Positions 1-12,123 of a DNA stretch of 64,000 bases are shown piece after piece; the stretch's first letter is position 1, and every line of letters starts with the position of its first letter. Made by a program: the position numbers and the translations under genes. This stretch comes from Verrucomicrobiota bacterium (lineage in GTDB: Bacteria; Verrucomicrobiota; Verrucomicrobiia; Chthoniobacterales; UBA6821), in the NCBI GenBank assembly GCA_021413925.1, contig JAIOPL010000002.1:9655-73654 (forward strand). Direction: 5' to 3'. A model generated the notes under the pieces. The model saw nothing but the letters and a program-made list of their open reading frames with translations. It was not told the DNA's origin and did not search any database.

Positions 1-2
1 CC

Positions 3-533
3 TTGCTTTCTCACACAGGCAGAGAGTCCGCACCCTCGATCGAGGAACTTCACCCGCACCGGATGGCCCATGAAACCGGCACCATCAGTAGAGAGGAGTT
101 CATTCGTGTAGTCCGAGAGGCCTTTGCCCATGACGGACCCGAAGACCACTTCATGGAGCTCTGGACACGGATCTTTCAGGTCAACACCCCGATGCTTGAG
201 TGGGCCCGCTCGCTGCATGGGAAGACACCGCTCTACCTTCTCTCCAATATCGGATGCATCCACCACGATCATATTTTCGAGGAATATGATTTCTTCACGA
301 CGCTCTTCGTGGATGGCATCTACTCCTACAAGGCGGGCGTTATGAAACCCGAGCCACGGATTTTTGAAATGGCCCAAAACCAGTTCGGAGTGGATCCCTC
401 GACGACGCTCTATATTGATGACCTGGAAGAGAATGTGAGAGGCGCCGAGTCGGTGGGCTTCATCGGCCATCATTACGATCCGGCACGACACAATCTCTTC
501 GAACAGAGGATCTCCTCTCTCTCGTTTTCTTAG
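3..533 (+). CDS. HAD-superfamily hydrolase, 5' end outside window
   Basis: ORF is open at the window edge. Translation shows HAD-like motifs 'LYLLSN' and 'MKPEPRIF...LYIDDLEENV'. Confidence 0.7.
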   Translation: MLSHTGRESAPSIEELHPHRMAHETGTISREEFIRVVREAFAHDGPEDHFMELWTRIFQVNTPMLEWARSLHGKTPLYLLSNIGCIHHDHIFEEYDFFTTLFVDGIYSYKAGVMKPEPRIFEMAQNQFGVDPSTTLYIDDLEENVRGAESVGFIGHHYDPARHNLFEQRISSLSFS

Positions 534-2797
534 CGATTCGAATCTGAATTGTCCAAAAACGGCTTGATCGATGTTCCCTCTGCGGCGGATTCGATGAAGA
601 GCGCGCCACTTTTGTTCTGACGGAAAAGCTTGATGCCTTTCTCTGCCAAGAGACGTTCCCACTCGCCGCTCGGGACGCCGTTTTGTTTGAAGGGATCGAC
701 CGGTGTGATCACCGCCTTCGGCGCGATCCTTGTGATAAGGGCCAGCGTGGAGGCTAATTGAGCGCCACCCAGCGGCATCATAAGCACATCAGCATGGAGG
801 GAATCATCAGACACCACCGACAGGGAAGAGATCAGTTCCTGATCTGCTAGAGGAAGAACCAAAATTCGAGATTCGCTCAACAGGATCCGGATTGCCGGAA
901 GACCGTTGTCGCCTGTTGTCAGTAACTCCGCGCTCACCCGCTTCGAAAGAGAGATAGGCTTGCCAGGCAAAACCGTATGGGAGTGAACTGAGGAGAGGAT
1001 GCCCTTTGCAATCTGGGAATGAGAAATCGTTGAGGAAACCAGGACTTCCGAGACGGGGATTTCCTTGCTCACAATCGGCAAGCCCCCGAGATGAGAGGCA
1101 TCCAGCTTGGTGATGAGACAACTTCTGATAGAATTCGCCCCCAGAGATTCCAGACACGGTAGAATAGTTGCCACGGCATCTCTCTTCTTCCCTGCATTGA
1201 TAAGCACAAACTGGCTACCATCCCTGATCACCGCGCAGGAGCCTCCTCGCAGATCGAGAATGGTCATTATTGGGAAGGCTGGAGCAGAAGCACCTACGAA
1301 CCAGTGTCCTCCAGGCATCAGGGCGCTAGTTTGAACGATAAAGAGCAGGAGCTTGGTCACAAGCCAGTTGGCATTGTTAAACGCTCCAGCGATCCAGCTG
1401 GAAAACGTTCCAGCAACAAGCGACAAGGCCCCCAGGGAGATGACAAGGAAGGCAAGCGGGACAGCCAGAAGGTTGGCTCCGAATGCAGAGAAGGAGATAA
1501 GATGGAAATAGGCGAGCGTCGGAATGATCGCTCCGATCCAGGCAGAGGCCGAGACGGCTGCCAGACCGGACACATGATTCCATGCCCGGAATCCCCACCT
1601 CTCGCGCGTCCCGATCAGCTTGGCGGGCAGGAAAGGATCAGGCTCGTGAAGCCGAATCAGCCAGGCCTCAATGCGCGGTGCTGCGACGATGATCGCGAAG
1701 ACCACCGAGTAGGAGAATTGCCAGCCTGCGGAGAAGAGATCGTTAGTATCCAGTGCGAGCTGGAAAAAAGCTGCCGCGGCAAGGGTGTTCAGTAAGGGGG
1801 AGCGACGGAAGAGGGTAATCCCTATCAACAGAATCGAGGCCATGGTGGCGCTCCGGATACTCCCTATTTTCATTCCGGTCACCAGCACAAAAAAGAAGAG
1901 CGTCGGAATGGTAAGAATCACGGCCCAAGTCCTCGGGATACGCACGGCCTTAAGTGCGAACCAGAGAATCACGGCGAGCATGCCGACGTGTAGGCCCGAG
2001 ACGGCGAAGAGATGCATGGTACCGGTAAACCGGAAATCATCTGTAAATCCCTCCGGTGCATGCTCGATGACACCGAGACAGATTCCTTCGATCGCCCCCC
2101 TCACCTCCGATACTCGCTCCATATCGATCGAGAGGATTTCCTCCATGCGGTGGCGCGCTCGTATTGCAAAGACCATGAGGGGATTTCCATGCCCACTGGA
2201 TTCGATCGTTCCGGGAATCGAGGGATCCAACTCGAAACGGATGGTGATCCCGTGCCTTTCCAGCCATCGCCTATAATCCATCTCTCCGGGATTACGAGGG
2301 GGGGCAGGTCTCACCGGTATGCCCTGAAAGAGCACACGATCTCCGTAAGAGGGTTGATTTCCCGCCCAGCGTACTTGCACTGTCAGCGGGGCCTTTGTCA
2401 GAAGATTCCCATTCTGAATTCCTCTCAACTCCTCAAGTCGCAACGGGAACGTAGCGGATCCCGAGCGGCTAATTTTTGGCTCTCCAATGATGATACCCCG
2501 TACGGCAACCTCATTTCCCGTTGCTTCGTTCCCTATCGAATCAAGGTAAGGCGTAAGATTGCGCGTCGGTGACAAGTCCCAGTTCCAAAGATGAAGAAGA
2601 GCGAAAACAGCAAGCGTCGCCGCCCAACACATTCCGCCCTGCCTGCGGAACAAAAACAGGAGCAGACAAACACTGCAGACAACCGCCAGCAGCCATAATC
2701 CGGCGCTAAAAAAGGAACTTAGGAGTATCCCGGCAATAGCGGCCAGAAGTATCCCAAGAAAAGGATATCGCTGTCTAAAAAAAGGAGTGGCCTTCAC
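530..2797 (-). CDS. comEC: ComEC/Rec2-family DNA internalisation channel protein
   Basis: 755 aa polytopic membrane protein with competence-domain signature 'GTMHLFAVSGLHVGMLAVI'. It has a C-terminal soluble region that looks beta-lactamase-fold-like. Confidence 0.85.
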   Translation of the reverse strand: MKATPFFRQRYPFLGILLAAIAGILLSSFFSAGLWLLAVVCSVCLLLFLFRRQGGMCWAATLAVFALLHLWNWDLSPTRNLTPYLDSIGNEATGNEVAVRGIIIGEPKISRSGSATFPLRLEELRGIQNGNLLTKAPLTVQVRWAGNQPSYGDRVLFQGIPVRPAPPRNPGEMDYRRWLERHGITIRFELDPSIPGTIESSGHGNPLMVFAIRARHRMEEILSIDMERVSEVRGAIEGICLGVIEHAPEGFTDDFRFTGTMHLFAVSGLHVGMLAVILWFALKAVRIPRTWAVILTIPTLFFFVLVTGMKIGSIRSATMASILLIGITLFRRSPLLNTLAAAAFFQLALDTNDLFSAGWQFSYSVVFAIIVAAPRIEAWLIRLHEPDPFLPAKLIGTRERWGFRAWNHVSGLAAVSASAWIGAIIPTLAYFHLISFSAFGANLLAVPLAFLVISLGALSLVAGTFSSWIAGAFNNANWLVTKLLLFIVQTSALMPGGHWFVGASAPAFPIMTILDLRGGSCAVIRDGSQFVLINAGKKRDAVATILPCLESLGANSIRSCLITKLDASHLGGLPIVSKEIPVSEVLVSSTISHSQIAKGILSSVHSHTVLPGKPISLSKRVSAELLTTGDNGLPAIRILLSESRILVLPLADQELISSLSVVSDDSLHADVLMMPLGGAQLASTLALITRIAPKAVITPVDPFKQNGVPSGEWERLLAEKGIKLFRQNKSGALFIESAAEGTSIKPFLDNSDSNR

Positions 2798-2886
2798 CGG
2801 CCGAGGAAAAACTGATGAACTCCAGGGCTCTTCATCTCATGGGAAGACCCCAGATTGTTCAACCAAAGCTTGAACTAGACCAAACC

Positions 2887-3411
2887 CTAACCTCCGCCGC
2901 CGGTATCGAAAGAGAAGGGACTGTAGCAAGACTCGGTATAAGCTGAGTCATACCAATCATCGACCAGAGGAGCATTGTAGTAGAAGGGTTGCTGATCCTG
3001 GTTCAGCTTGGTGTTGTACTTCACATCACCTGGGACTTTGTTGCCCGGCTTCGGTGGCACATTGTTGCCGTAGAAGCCCTGGGTCTCTGTGAGATAATTC
3101 AGCAGATGCGGCTTGGCTCCGGCAGCCTTGAGTGAGGCAAGCTGGGAATAGCTGAAGTCATAGACTTTCTGAGTGCTACGGAGATAGCCGACAGTGATGT
3201 GGGAGGGAACATGGCCGTGGACTAGGTTCATGATATCCGCGTAGGAGAGTGTCTGAGCGTTGAAGATCTTATCGTAGGTGCTCTTGTTCACGTTGGCGGA
3301 AGCAACGGCCGCAGTGATCTGCGGATCGACCTTCGGTCCGTTGGCGCAACCGGCAAGAAGTAGAACACCGAACGCGGCGGTGGCGGAAAGCAGGCTGGAG
3401 AGGATCTTCAT
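2887..3411 (-). CDS. Hypothetical lipoprotein
   Basis: Signal peptide with lipobox 'VLLLAGC'. I recognise no domain. Confidence 0.55.
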   Translation of the reverse strand: MKILSSLLSATAAFGVLLLAGCANGPKVDPQITAAVASANVNKSTYDKIFNAQTLSYADIMNLVHGHVPSHITVGYLRSTQKVYDFSYSQLASLKAAGAKPHLLNYLTETQGFYGNNVPPKPGNKVPGDVKYNTKLNQDQQPFYYNAPLVDDWYDSAYTESCYSPFSFDTGGGG

Positions 3412-3532
3412 GCGAACTGTTATTTATCGTGTTGGCTCTTCCTCATCAATCAGATTCCCAGAGATCTCTTCATCCCTCAGTTCGTTCAAGAAACGTTTTT
3501 TCTTGTGAGTGCTGACTGCGGAAGGCATTCCA

Positions 3533-3958
3533 ATGGCCATGATCTTTCGCTATCTCAGCAAGTACCGTGACACAGGCCTTCTTCTCCTCCGCATCCTCAT
3601 AGGACTCTCCTTCCTGGCTCATGGTCTTCCCAAGCTCATGGAAGGTCCGGATCTTTGGATCAAGCTTGGCAAGTCAATGCAGTTCGTCGGAGTGACAGCC
3701 TATCCGATCTTCTGGGGACTGATGGCGGCGCTTGCAGAGTCCGTCGGCGGATTTCTCCTACTGATAGGCTTCTGTTTTCGCCCAGCCTGTCTCTTTCTGG
3801 TGATCAACATGGTCGTGGCCACCACCATGCACTTTCACACGACACCGGGCGATTTCATGGAGAAATGGTCAGTCGCCTCCCATGCTATCGAACTCGGTTC
3901 CGTTTTCCTCTCACTCCTCCTGATCGGCCCCGGAAAGTTCAGCGTGGATCGGGACTGA
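3533..3958 (+). CDS. DoxX-family membrane protein
   Basis: Four hydrophobic helices and a typical DoxX N-terminus 'LLLRILIGLSFLAHGLPKL'. ATG at 3533 is preferred over GTG at 3509. Confidence 0.75.
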   Translation: MAMIFRYLSKYRDTGLLLLRILIGLSFLAHGLPKLMEGPDLWIKLGKSMQFVGVTAYPIFWGLMAALAESVGGFLLLIGFCFRPACLFLVINMVVATTMHFHTTPGDFMEKWSVASHAIELGSVFLSLLLIGPGKFSVDRD

Positions 3959-3965
3959 AGACAGC

Positions 3966-5570
3966 TTACGCTGATTTCCGGCGTAATTTGCGCGCTAAGA
4001 GTCCGAGAAATTCCTGAAATCCCTCGATCTTCAGCGCCCAACTGGAAAGCAGAAAGAGGAGGGTCGCACCGCTGATCACGAGTAGCAAAGCGATGGCACG
4101 GATCAGAACGTGTTCATGACCCAGACCTGCAAGCCAGTGCTGTCCCAACCAACCGACAAGGCCGATAGGCAGCGCGGCCAGCAAACAGCTGCCGAAGGTG
4201 GTAGCCATCGCCTTCGTCTCCAGTGAGCCGGAAATCCGGGTCATGAGGATGTAGAGCAAAATGAAATTCATCGTGGCCGAGAGGGCTGTCGAAAGGGCAA
4301 GTCCCCGGTGACCCATTCCGAATCGGAAAATAAAGAGCCAGTTGAGAAGGAGGTTCATCCCGATAGAGAGAAAGCTCACCATCATCGGAGTCCATTTGTG
4401 ATTGATGGCGTAGAAGGCTGGTGAGAGCACCTTGATGCAGGAGTATCCCACCAGACCGATCGCGTAGTATTGAAGGGCTTCGGCAGTATGCAGCGTATCG
4501 GCATCCAGGAACTTTCCACGTTGGTAGATCAGGGCAATGATCGGTTGAGCCAGCACGATCAGTCCCACGGCGGCAGGCAGGGTCAGAAAGACCGCCAGAC
4601 GCATTGCCTTGGCAAGAGTCGATCGGAACCGTCCCATCTCCCCCAAGACCGCAGCCCTTGAGATGACGGGCAGCGTCACCGTCGCCACGGCCACGCCGAA
4701 GACACCCAGCGGCAGTTGCATCAGGCGGAAGGCGTAGGAGAGCCAGCTGATAGGACCATTCCCCAGATAGGAGGCAAAGATGCTGTTGACCATGACGTTG
4801 ATCTGAACAGCACTGGCGGCGATCACGGCCGGGAGCATGAGCAGGAGGATCTGACGTACACCCGGATCCCTCCAGTTGAAATCCAGGACAAACCGGAACC
4901 CTGCTTTGTAGAGACCCGGCAACTGTACACCGAGTTGAAGAAGCCCTCCGAGCAGCGTACCCAGTGCAAGACCGATCAGGGAACGTTCCCCGAAATGAGG
5001 ATCGATCCACCATCCGAAAATCACGCCTCCCGCGATTGATCCGATATTGAAGAAACTGGAGGCAAGGGCCGGGACCGTGAAGCGGTTGGTGGCGTTCAGC
5101 ATCCCCATGACCAAAGCCGCCAGAGAAACCATCAGGATGAAGGGATACATGATCCGCGTCAGCTCGATCGTCAGGGCGGCCTTTTCCGCAGGGAAGCCCG
5201 GTGCCAGAAAACCGATGAACTGAGCAGCAAAGATCACCCCGAGCAGGGAAACCAGACTCATGAAGACCGTGGTTAGAGTTGCCATCTTGGAGGCAAGCTT
5301 CCAGGCCGACCCCTCGCCCTCCGTGGCGATCCTCTGCGAAAACACGGTCACAAATGCCGTAGAAAGCGCCCCTTCTGCAAAGAGATCCCGCAGTAAGTTA
5401 GGAGCCCGAAATGCAGTCAGAAAGGCATCCATGCCTCGTCCCGCACCGAAGAGTCCGGCAAAGATCAACTCACGGCCCAACCCCAGAACCCGGCTTAGCA
5501 TGACCGCACCGGCGACGACCCCGGCGGCCTTGGTATTCAATCCCTCATTTTTTAAATGATCCCCTTTCAT
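3966..5570 (-). CDS. murJ: Lipid II flippase MurJ/MviN
   Basis: 534 aa polytopic protein with N-terminal signature 'MLSRVLGLGRELIFAGLFGAG..DAFLTAFRAPNLLRDLFAEGALS'. Confidence 0.9.
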   Translation of the reverse strand: MKGDHLKNEGLNTKAAGVVAGAVMLSRVLGLGRELIFAGLFGAGRGMDAFLTAFRAPNLLRDLFAEGALSTAFVTVFSQRIATEGEGSAWKLASKMATLTTVFMSLVSLLGVIFAAQFIGFLAPGFPAEKAALTIELTRIMYPFILMVSLAALVMGMLNATNRFTVPALASSFFNIGSIAGGVIFGWWIDPHFGERSLIGLALGTLLGGLLQLGVQLPGLYKAGFRFVLDFNWRDPGVRQILLLMLPAVIAASAVQINVMVNSIFASYLGNGPISWLSYAFRLMQLPLGVFGVAVATVTLPVISRAAVLGEMGRFRSTLAKAMRLAVFLTLPAAVGLIVLAQPIIALIYQRGKFLDADTLHTAEALQYYAIGLVGYSCIKVLSPAFYAINHKWTPMMVSFLSIGMNLLLNWLFIFRFGMGHRGLALSTALSATMNFILLYILMTRISGSLETKAMATTFGSCLLAALPIGLVGWLGQHWLAGLGHEHVLIRAIALLLVISGATLLFLLSSWALKIEGFQEFLGLLARKLRRKSA

Positions 5571-5582
5571 GCGTGCTGGGTT

Positions 5583-6578
5583 CTAATGGGATTGGGATGA
5601 GTGCTGAGATCCAAAACTGGCACGTTTCAAACGATCCATAACGGCCAAACCGATCCCCTCTTCGGGTAGTCGCATGGCATAGATAATGTCCGCTTTACTA
5701 TTGTCTAGTCTCCTAAGAGCTCCATAGAAATTGGCTGCTGCTTCGCGGAGATCCCCCAAAGGACTCAGGACTTCCACCTGCGAAAATCGCTCTCGAATCT
5801 CGGGTGAGGGGGTGGTAAAGGAAAGATAACCGGAATTGGCTCTGGGAATAAATCCATGGATGTCCGACTCTATGATATGAAGCTCTTTTTTAGGGGCATA
5901 ATGCCCCGGAAGACTTCCCGGAGTATTCACAATCCCATTTGGCGTGAGAACATGTCCATATTTCTTCAGTTGGTCACCCGTAATAGGACCTGGCCTCAGG
6001 ATTTCCAATCCACCTTCCCTGAGAGCCACGATCGTAGATTCCAAACCATGCTCACAGCAACCTCCATCTAGGATCAGATTAATGGATTTACCTAGTTCTA
6101 ATTGGACATCCATTGCGCTCGTCGGGCTAATTCGACCGAATCGATTGGCGCTGGGGGCAGCAAGCGGAGAGCTGATGCCTCGGAGCACCTCCTGAAAGAG
6201 TGGATGAGATGTCACCCGGACCGCTACGAACTCCGATCCGGCAGTAACCAGATCCGGAACCTCGGGTCGCCTGGGCAGCAAAAGAGTCAGTGGACCAGGC
6301 CAGAAGTTCGCCGCCAATCTCTCCACAAGATTTCTCTGTTCGTCTGAAGAAAATCGGACAACTCGCGCAAGCCAACCCATTTCTGGGATGTGAACAATCA
6401 GAGGATCGGAAAGCGGGCGTCCCTTGGCCTCGAATATCCGGGCAATCGCCATCGGATCAAAGGCATTGCCAGCCAGTCCGTAGACCGTCTCGGTGGGTAG
6501 CCCCACAACGCCCCCTTGCCGCAAGAGTTCCACGGAATCACGGATCCCCTCCCCTCCATGAACAATCCGGGCACTCAC
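5583..6578 (-). CDS. tsaC: L-threonylcarbamoyladenylate synthase (YrdC + Sua5 domains)
   Basis: Motif 'GGVVGLPTETVYGLAGNAFD', 331 aa, with the C-terminal Sua5-type extension. Confidence 0.9.
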   Translation of the reverse strand: MSARIVHGGEGIRDSVELLRQGGVVGLPTETVYGLAGNAFDPMAIARIFEAKGRPLSDPLIVHIPEMGWLARVVRFSSDEQRNLVERLAANFWPGPLTLLLPRRPEVPDLVTAGSEFVAVRVTSHPLFQEVLRGISSPLAAPSANRFGRISPTSAMDVQLELGKSINLILDGGCCEHGLESTIVALREGGLEILRPGPITGDQLKKYGHVLTPNGIVNTPGSLPGHYAPKKELHIIESDIHGFIPRANSGYLSFTTPSPEIRERFSQVEVLSPLGDLREAAANFYGALRRLDNSKADIIYAMRLPEEGIGLAVMDRLKRASFGSQHSSQSH

Positions 6579-6605
6579 ATTGAAAAATCCTGAAATATTA
6601 GTTAC

Positions 6606-7163
6606 TTAGCGTTTCAAGCGAAGTTTCTTGGGCGCCTTAAGGACACTCTCTTCGGCAGCCTTGGTCTGGTTTTTCCGGAATGCGGCAAGCTTCGCAGAAA
6701 GCCCCTGATGGAGCAGGGCCAATTGGGCGATCGCAAAGAGCGCTGCATTCTTGGCCCCGGCCTCGCCGATGGCAAATGTGGCGACAGGAATACCGGCCGG
6801 CATCTGGACGATCGAAAGCAGAGAATCAAATCCTTCCATGGTGCGGCTCTTCACAGGGACGCCGAGTACGGGCACAGTTGTCTGAGCCGCGATCATGCCG
6901 GGAAGGTGGGCTGCACCACCAGCGCCCGCGATGATTGCATGAAGTCCCCTAGCCTCGGCTTCCTTGGCATAGGTCGCCATGGCCTCAGGCATGCGGTGTG
7001 CGGAAACGACACGGTATTCGCACGGGACGCCGAACTCCTCAAGGAGCGCCACGGCGTGACCCATCGTTTCCCAATCGCTCTTGCTCCCCATCACGACACC
7101 CACCAGAGGTGACGACTTGGTCGCGGCCGAGGGTTTGGATGACTTCGTTTTTTTGGAACTCAT
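6606..7163 (-). CDS. purE: N5-carboxyaminoimidazole ribonucleotide mutase
   Basis: Translation contains '[11 protein letters not shown]...VVSAHRMP...[11 protein letters not shown]...PVLGVPV'. Confidence 0.95.
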   Translation of the reverse strand: MSSKKTKSSKPSAATKSSPLVGVVMGSKSDWETMGHAVALLEEFGVPCEYRVVSAHRMPEAMATYAKEAEARGLHAIIAGAGGAAHLPGMIAAQTTVPVLGVPVKSRTMEGFDSLLSIVQMPAGIPVATFAIGEAGAKNAALFAIAQLALLHQGLSAKLAAFRKNQTKAAEESVLKAPKKLRLKR

Positions 7164-7266
7164 CCGGGAAGCGTATTCACGAGAGACGTTTCAATCAACC
7201 CGCTTCGGTGAGGGAACAGCGTCTTCGAAGATGTTCTTTTTCCAGACGGACGAGTACCTTTACCCC

Positions 7267-7833
7267 ATGAATTCAAACATCGTCCTGATCGGTTTCATGG
7301 GATGCGGAAAGAGCAGCATCGGGCGTCGTCTGGCAAAACGCATGAATTACGGATTCCTCGACAGCGACGACCTGATCGTTGCCCGAGCCCAAGGCATAAG
7401 CATCAGCGAGCTCTTTGCCGAAGAGGGAGAGGAGCGCTTCCGTGAACGGGAGAGTGCCGAGCTTAGGGAGCTTGTCCACGCCAAGGATATCGTTCTCGCA
7501 ACCGGCGGTGGAGCCATTCTGCGTGAAGAGAACAGGGCGCTTCTGCATCGTATCGGAAGGATTGTCTGGCTACATGCCGATCCGGAGACCCTCTTTGAAC
7601 GCGCAAGCCGCAACCGCAAACGCCCACTGCTGAATGTGGAAAATCCACGAGGCGCATTCAATGCGCTTCTGGAGTCGCGAGTCCCCATCTACGAGGCCAC
7701 AGCCGACATTCAAATCGATGCCACGGGCCTTCCTCACGAGCAGACTATCGAGGCGATCATCCGGGCGCTTGAGCTTGATCGGGATGAAGAAACAGGTTTT
7801 GAACCTTCCCGCGACTCCGGCTGTTCCGTTTAA
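7267..7833 (+). CDS. aroK: Shikimate kinase
   Basis: P-loop 'LIGFMGCGKSSIGRRLA' follows directly after the internal ATG at 7267. The upstream part of ORF 7081.. is antisense to purE. Confidence 0.9.
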   Translation: MNSNIVLIGFMGCGKSSIGRRLAKRMNYGFLDSDDLIVARAQGISISELFAEEGEERFRERESAELRELVHAKDIVLATGGGAILREENRALLHRIGRIVWLHADPETLFERASRNRKRPLLNVENPRGAFNALLESRVPIYEATADIQIDATGLPHEQTIEAIIRALELDRDEETGFEPSRDSGCSV

Positions 7834-7888
7834 AATTGACGGAGAAACCCCCATCTTTTAACACTTTGCCTTCCCGAGCGACCCCTAA

Positions 7889-8953
<1,065 letters not shown>

Positions 8954-9066
8954 AAGCAAAACCATTCACGAGGGCAGGAAAAGCAGGCTCGTTCCTGACT
9001 TTCCTGCCCTCTTTCTTTATAAAATTTAAAACCAATTTTTCAACCAACCTCACCTTCACTACCACT

Positions 9067-10314
9067 ATGGCAAAGAAAACCATCAAGGACCTCAACCTCA
9101 CAGACAAACGCGTCTTCATTCGCGTCGATTTCAACGTCCCGCAGGACAAGCAGACCGGAGAGATCACCAATACCCAGCGTATCACTGCGGCTCTCCCAAC
9201 CATCCAGTACGCTCTCGATCAAGGTGCCTCCGTCGTGCTTGCCAGCCATCTAGGACGCCCGAACGGTGAGCAGGTTGCCAAATACACGCTCAAGCCCGTC
9301 GCCGAGAAGCTCCAGGAACTGCTAGGCAAGCCCGTGAAGTTCCTTAACAACTGCGTCGGAGCCGAAGTTGAAGCCGAATGTGCCGCGCTCAAGCCGGGTG
9401 AAGTCATTCTGCTCGAGAACGTCCGCTTCCATATCGAGGAGGAGGGCAAGGCCAAGGACGCCGAAGGAAACAGCGTGAAGGCTGATCCAGCGAAAGTGGC
9501 AGCCTTCCGTGCCAGCCTGAGCAAGCTTGCCGATGTTTACGTCAACGACGCCTTCGGCACCTCCCACCGCGCCCACTCCAGCGTTACCGGCGTCGATCTT
9601 CCCGATAAGGTCGCCGGTTTCCTTGTCGAGAAGGAGTTGGCCGCATTTGCCACCGTCCTTGAGAATCCGCAGCGTCCTCTCCTTGCAATCCTCGGCGGCG
9701 CCAAAATCGCCGACAAGATCCCGCTTATCCGAAGCCTCATCGATAAGGCGGACGACATCATCATTGGCGGCGGCATGGCCTACACCTTCCTCAAGGTTCT
9801 CAACGGTATGCAGATCGGCAACAGCCTCTATGATCCGGCCGGTGCCGAGATCGTTTCCGAACTTGTCGCCAAGGCCAAGGAAAAGGGGGTCCGCATTCAC
9901 CTGCCCGTGGATTTCATCACGGGGGACAAGTTCTCCCCCGACTCCAATCTGGGATCAGCCACTGTCGAGAGCGGCATTCCCGACGGCTGGGAGGGCTTTG
10001 ACTGCGGCCCGAAGACCCGCGAACTCTTTGCGAAGGTAATCGCCTCCGCGAAGACAATCGTCTGGAACGGTCCGTGTGGCGTCTTCGAGTTCGATATCTT
10101 TGCAGAGGGCACCAAGGCCATGGCTGAAGCCGTTGCGGCAGCCACGGCATCGGGCGCTGTGACCATCGTCGGAGGCGGCGACACCGCGACAGCTGCGAAG
10201 AAGTTCGGCGTCATCGACAAGGTCACCCATGCCTCCACGGGGGGCGGAGCCTCACTGGAACTCCTCGAAGGTAAAATCCTGCCGGGCGTTGCCTCCCTCA
10301 ACGAGAAGGCCTAA
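9067..10314 (+). CDS. pgk: Phosphoglycerate kinase
   Basis: Translation '[16 protein letters not shown]' starts from ATG 9067. The upstream part of ORF 8902.. overlaps the gap 3' end. Confidence 0.97.
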   Translation: MAKKTIKDLNLTDKRVFIRVDFNVPQDKQTGEITNTQRITAALPTIQYALDQGASVVLASHLGRPNGEQVAKYTLKPVAEKLQELLGKPVKFLNNCVGAEVEAECAALKPGEVILLENVRFHIEEEGKAKDAEGNSVKADPAKVAAFRASLSKLADVYVNDAFGTSHRAHSSVTGVDLPDKVAGFLVEKELAAFATVLENPQRPLLAILGGAKIADKIPLIRSLIDKADDIIIGGGMAYTFLKVLNGMQIGNSLYDPAGAEIVSELVAKAKEKGVRIHLPVDFITGDKFSPDSNLGSATVESGIPDGWEGFDCGPKTRELFAKVIASAKTIVWNGPCGVFEFDIFAEGTKAMAEAVAAATASGAVTIVGGGDTATAAKKFGVIDKVTHASTGGGASLELLEGKILPGVASLNEKA

Positions 10315-10328
10315 TCTTCAAATCCATC

Positions 10329-11105
10329 ATGGCAATCCCACGCAAAAAATTCGTCGCCGGTAATTGGAAAATGAATATGACCTCCTCGGAGGTCTCCCCC
10401 TACCTTGAGGTATTTCGCCTGGAAACGGAGGGAATCGATAACGTCGACATCGCTATCATCCCTCCCTTCACGGCCCTTGCGAAGGCCTCCGAAATCCTGG
10501 GTGGCACCCAGAAGATCCGCCTCGGCGCACAGAATATGTCTCCGGAGGTCAAAGGGGCCTACACAGGCGAGATATCGGCCACCATGCTGCGCGACCTCTT
10601 CGTTCGCTATGTCCTGGTTGGCCACAGTGAGCGACGCCGTCTCTTCGGTGAGACAGACGAACTTGTACATCGCAAGGTCGTGACTGCACTTGCTTCCGAA
10701 CTTCGCCCCATCCTCTGCGTCGGCGAGACCCTTGAGGAGCGCCAAGCCGGTCAGGAAAAGGCCATTCTGGAAGCCCAACTCCGCGGAGCCTTGACTGGTT
10801 TGACCACGGATCAACTCGAGGAGATTGTCATCGCCTACGAGCCCGTCTGGGCGATCGGCACAGGCCTCACAGCCACTCCGGCACAGGCCCAGGAGGCCCA
10901 TCAGTTTATCCGGGACTATCTGGCAACGGTCTCAGGCCCGGAGATCGCTGCAAAAACCCGCATCCTCTATGGGGGAAGCGTCACGGCGGACAACGCTCGC
11001 GAACTCCTCTTCCAGCCCGACATCGACGGTGCGCTTGTGGGAGGGGCTAGCCTCGATCCTCGCAGCTTCGCCGAGATCGTCGCCGCAGCGGTTCCGACAG
11101 AATAA
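10329..11105 (+). CDS. tpiA: Triosephosphate isomerase
   Basis: Motifs 'AGNWKMN', 'VGHSERR' and 'AYEPVWAIGTG'. Confidence 0.97.
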   Translation: MAIPRKKFVAGNWKMNMTSSEVSPYLEVFRLETEGIDNVDIAIIPPFTALAKASEILGGTQKIRLGAQNMSPEVKGAYTGEISATMLRDLFVRYVLVGHSERRRLFGETDELVHRKVVTALASELRPILCVGETLEERQAGQEKAILEAQLRGALTGLTTDQLEEIVIAYEPVWAIGTGLTATPAQAQEAHQFIRDYLATVSGPEIAAKTRILYGGSVTADNARELLFQPDIDGALVGGASLDPRSFAEIVAAAVPTE

Positions 11106-11157
11106 ATACAGTTGTATCGCGCAGAGGCGCGGAGGCGCAGAGAGTTTTTATGGATTG

Positions 11158-11181
11158 AAGCCGCTTTGGCGGCTTTTCCTT
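11158..11181 (+). terminator. Candidate intrinsic terminator after tpiA
   Basis: 7-bp stem aagccgc/gcggctt with loop tttg, followed by a T-rich tail ttcctt. Confidence 0.45.
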
Positions 11182-11217
11182 CATAATTCATCATTCTGCC
11201 TTCATCCTTTCGGCATC

Positions 11218-12123
11218 ATGATCCGCCGCATCGCCTCACTTCCCGTGGTGTTGTTCTGCGTGGTGACGATTACCTTTTTCCTGATCCGTCTCTCACCGGG
11301 AGGACCCTTTGATTCGGAACGGAAACTGCCGCCAGCAATCGAGAAGCAGCTTCTGGCGAAGTACAAGCTGGATGGTCCGATTCTGGGTCAATACACGGGC
11401 TATCTGAAAGATCTGATCCATGGCGATCTGCGCCTCTCCACCAAGTATCGCAACCGCTCGGTCAACGAGATTTTGGCCCAGACCCTTCCTGTCACGCTGA
11501 CACTTGGTGCCGCAGCCCTGCTGATTGCCGTTACAACCGGTGTCTGGCTCGGAGCCTTCGCCGCCGCGCGTCCGGGAACCCTTGTGGAAGGGGGTGCACT
11601 TGCGATGACGCTGCTGGCGATTTCCCTGCCCTCCTTCGTGCTAGGCCCCCTCTTGATCCTGATCTTCGCGATCAAGCTCTCCTGGTTGCCCGTGGGTGGC
11701 TGGGGATCACCAATGCAGTTGATCCTCCCGGCGGTGACCCTCGCGATTCCCTATGCCGCCGTGATCGCCCGATTGCTACACGACAGCCTCAGGGAGACAT
11801 TGGTCGAGGATTTCGTTCGCACTGCCCGGGCGAAGGGGCTCTCCGAACGTGCCGTAGTCTATCGTCATGCCCTGCGCGTGGCGATCCTGCCCGTGATCTC
11901 CTACCTCGGCCCCCTGGCAGCCAACCTGCTTACTGGTTCGATCGTCGTGGAGACGATCTTTCACATTCCCGGTGCGGGGGGCTTCTTCGTGAACTCCATC
12001 CTGAACCGCGATGGATTTCTGCTTGGAGGCGTGGTCATCGTCTATTGCGTACTTCTGGTGATCTTCAATTTACTGGTCGATCTCTCCTACCGCCTGCTGG
12101 ACCGGAGGATCCAGGAATCATGA
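11218..12123 (+). CDS. ABC transporter permease, peptide/nickel type (OppB/DppB-like)
   Basis: Translation 'MIRRIASLPVVLFCVVTITFFLIRLSPGGPFD' and an EAA-like loop 'FVRTARAKGLSERAVVYRHALR'. Start is the internal ATG at 11218. Confidence 0.88.
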   Translation: MIRRIASLPVVLFCVVTITFFLIRLSPGGPFDSERKLPPAIEKQLLAKYKLDGPILGQYTGYLKDLIHGDLRLSTKYRNRSVNEILAQTLPVTLTLGAAALLIAVTTGVWLGAFAAARPGTLVEGGALAMTLLAISLPSFVLGPLLILIFAIKLSWLPVGGWGSPMQLILPAVTLAIPYAAVIARLLHDSLRETLVEDFVRTARAKGLSERAVVYRHALRVAILPVISYLGPLAANLLTGSIVVETIFHIPGAGGFFVNSILNRDGFLLGGVVIVYCVLLVIFNLLVDLSYRLLDRRIQES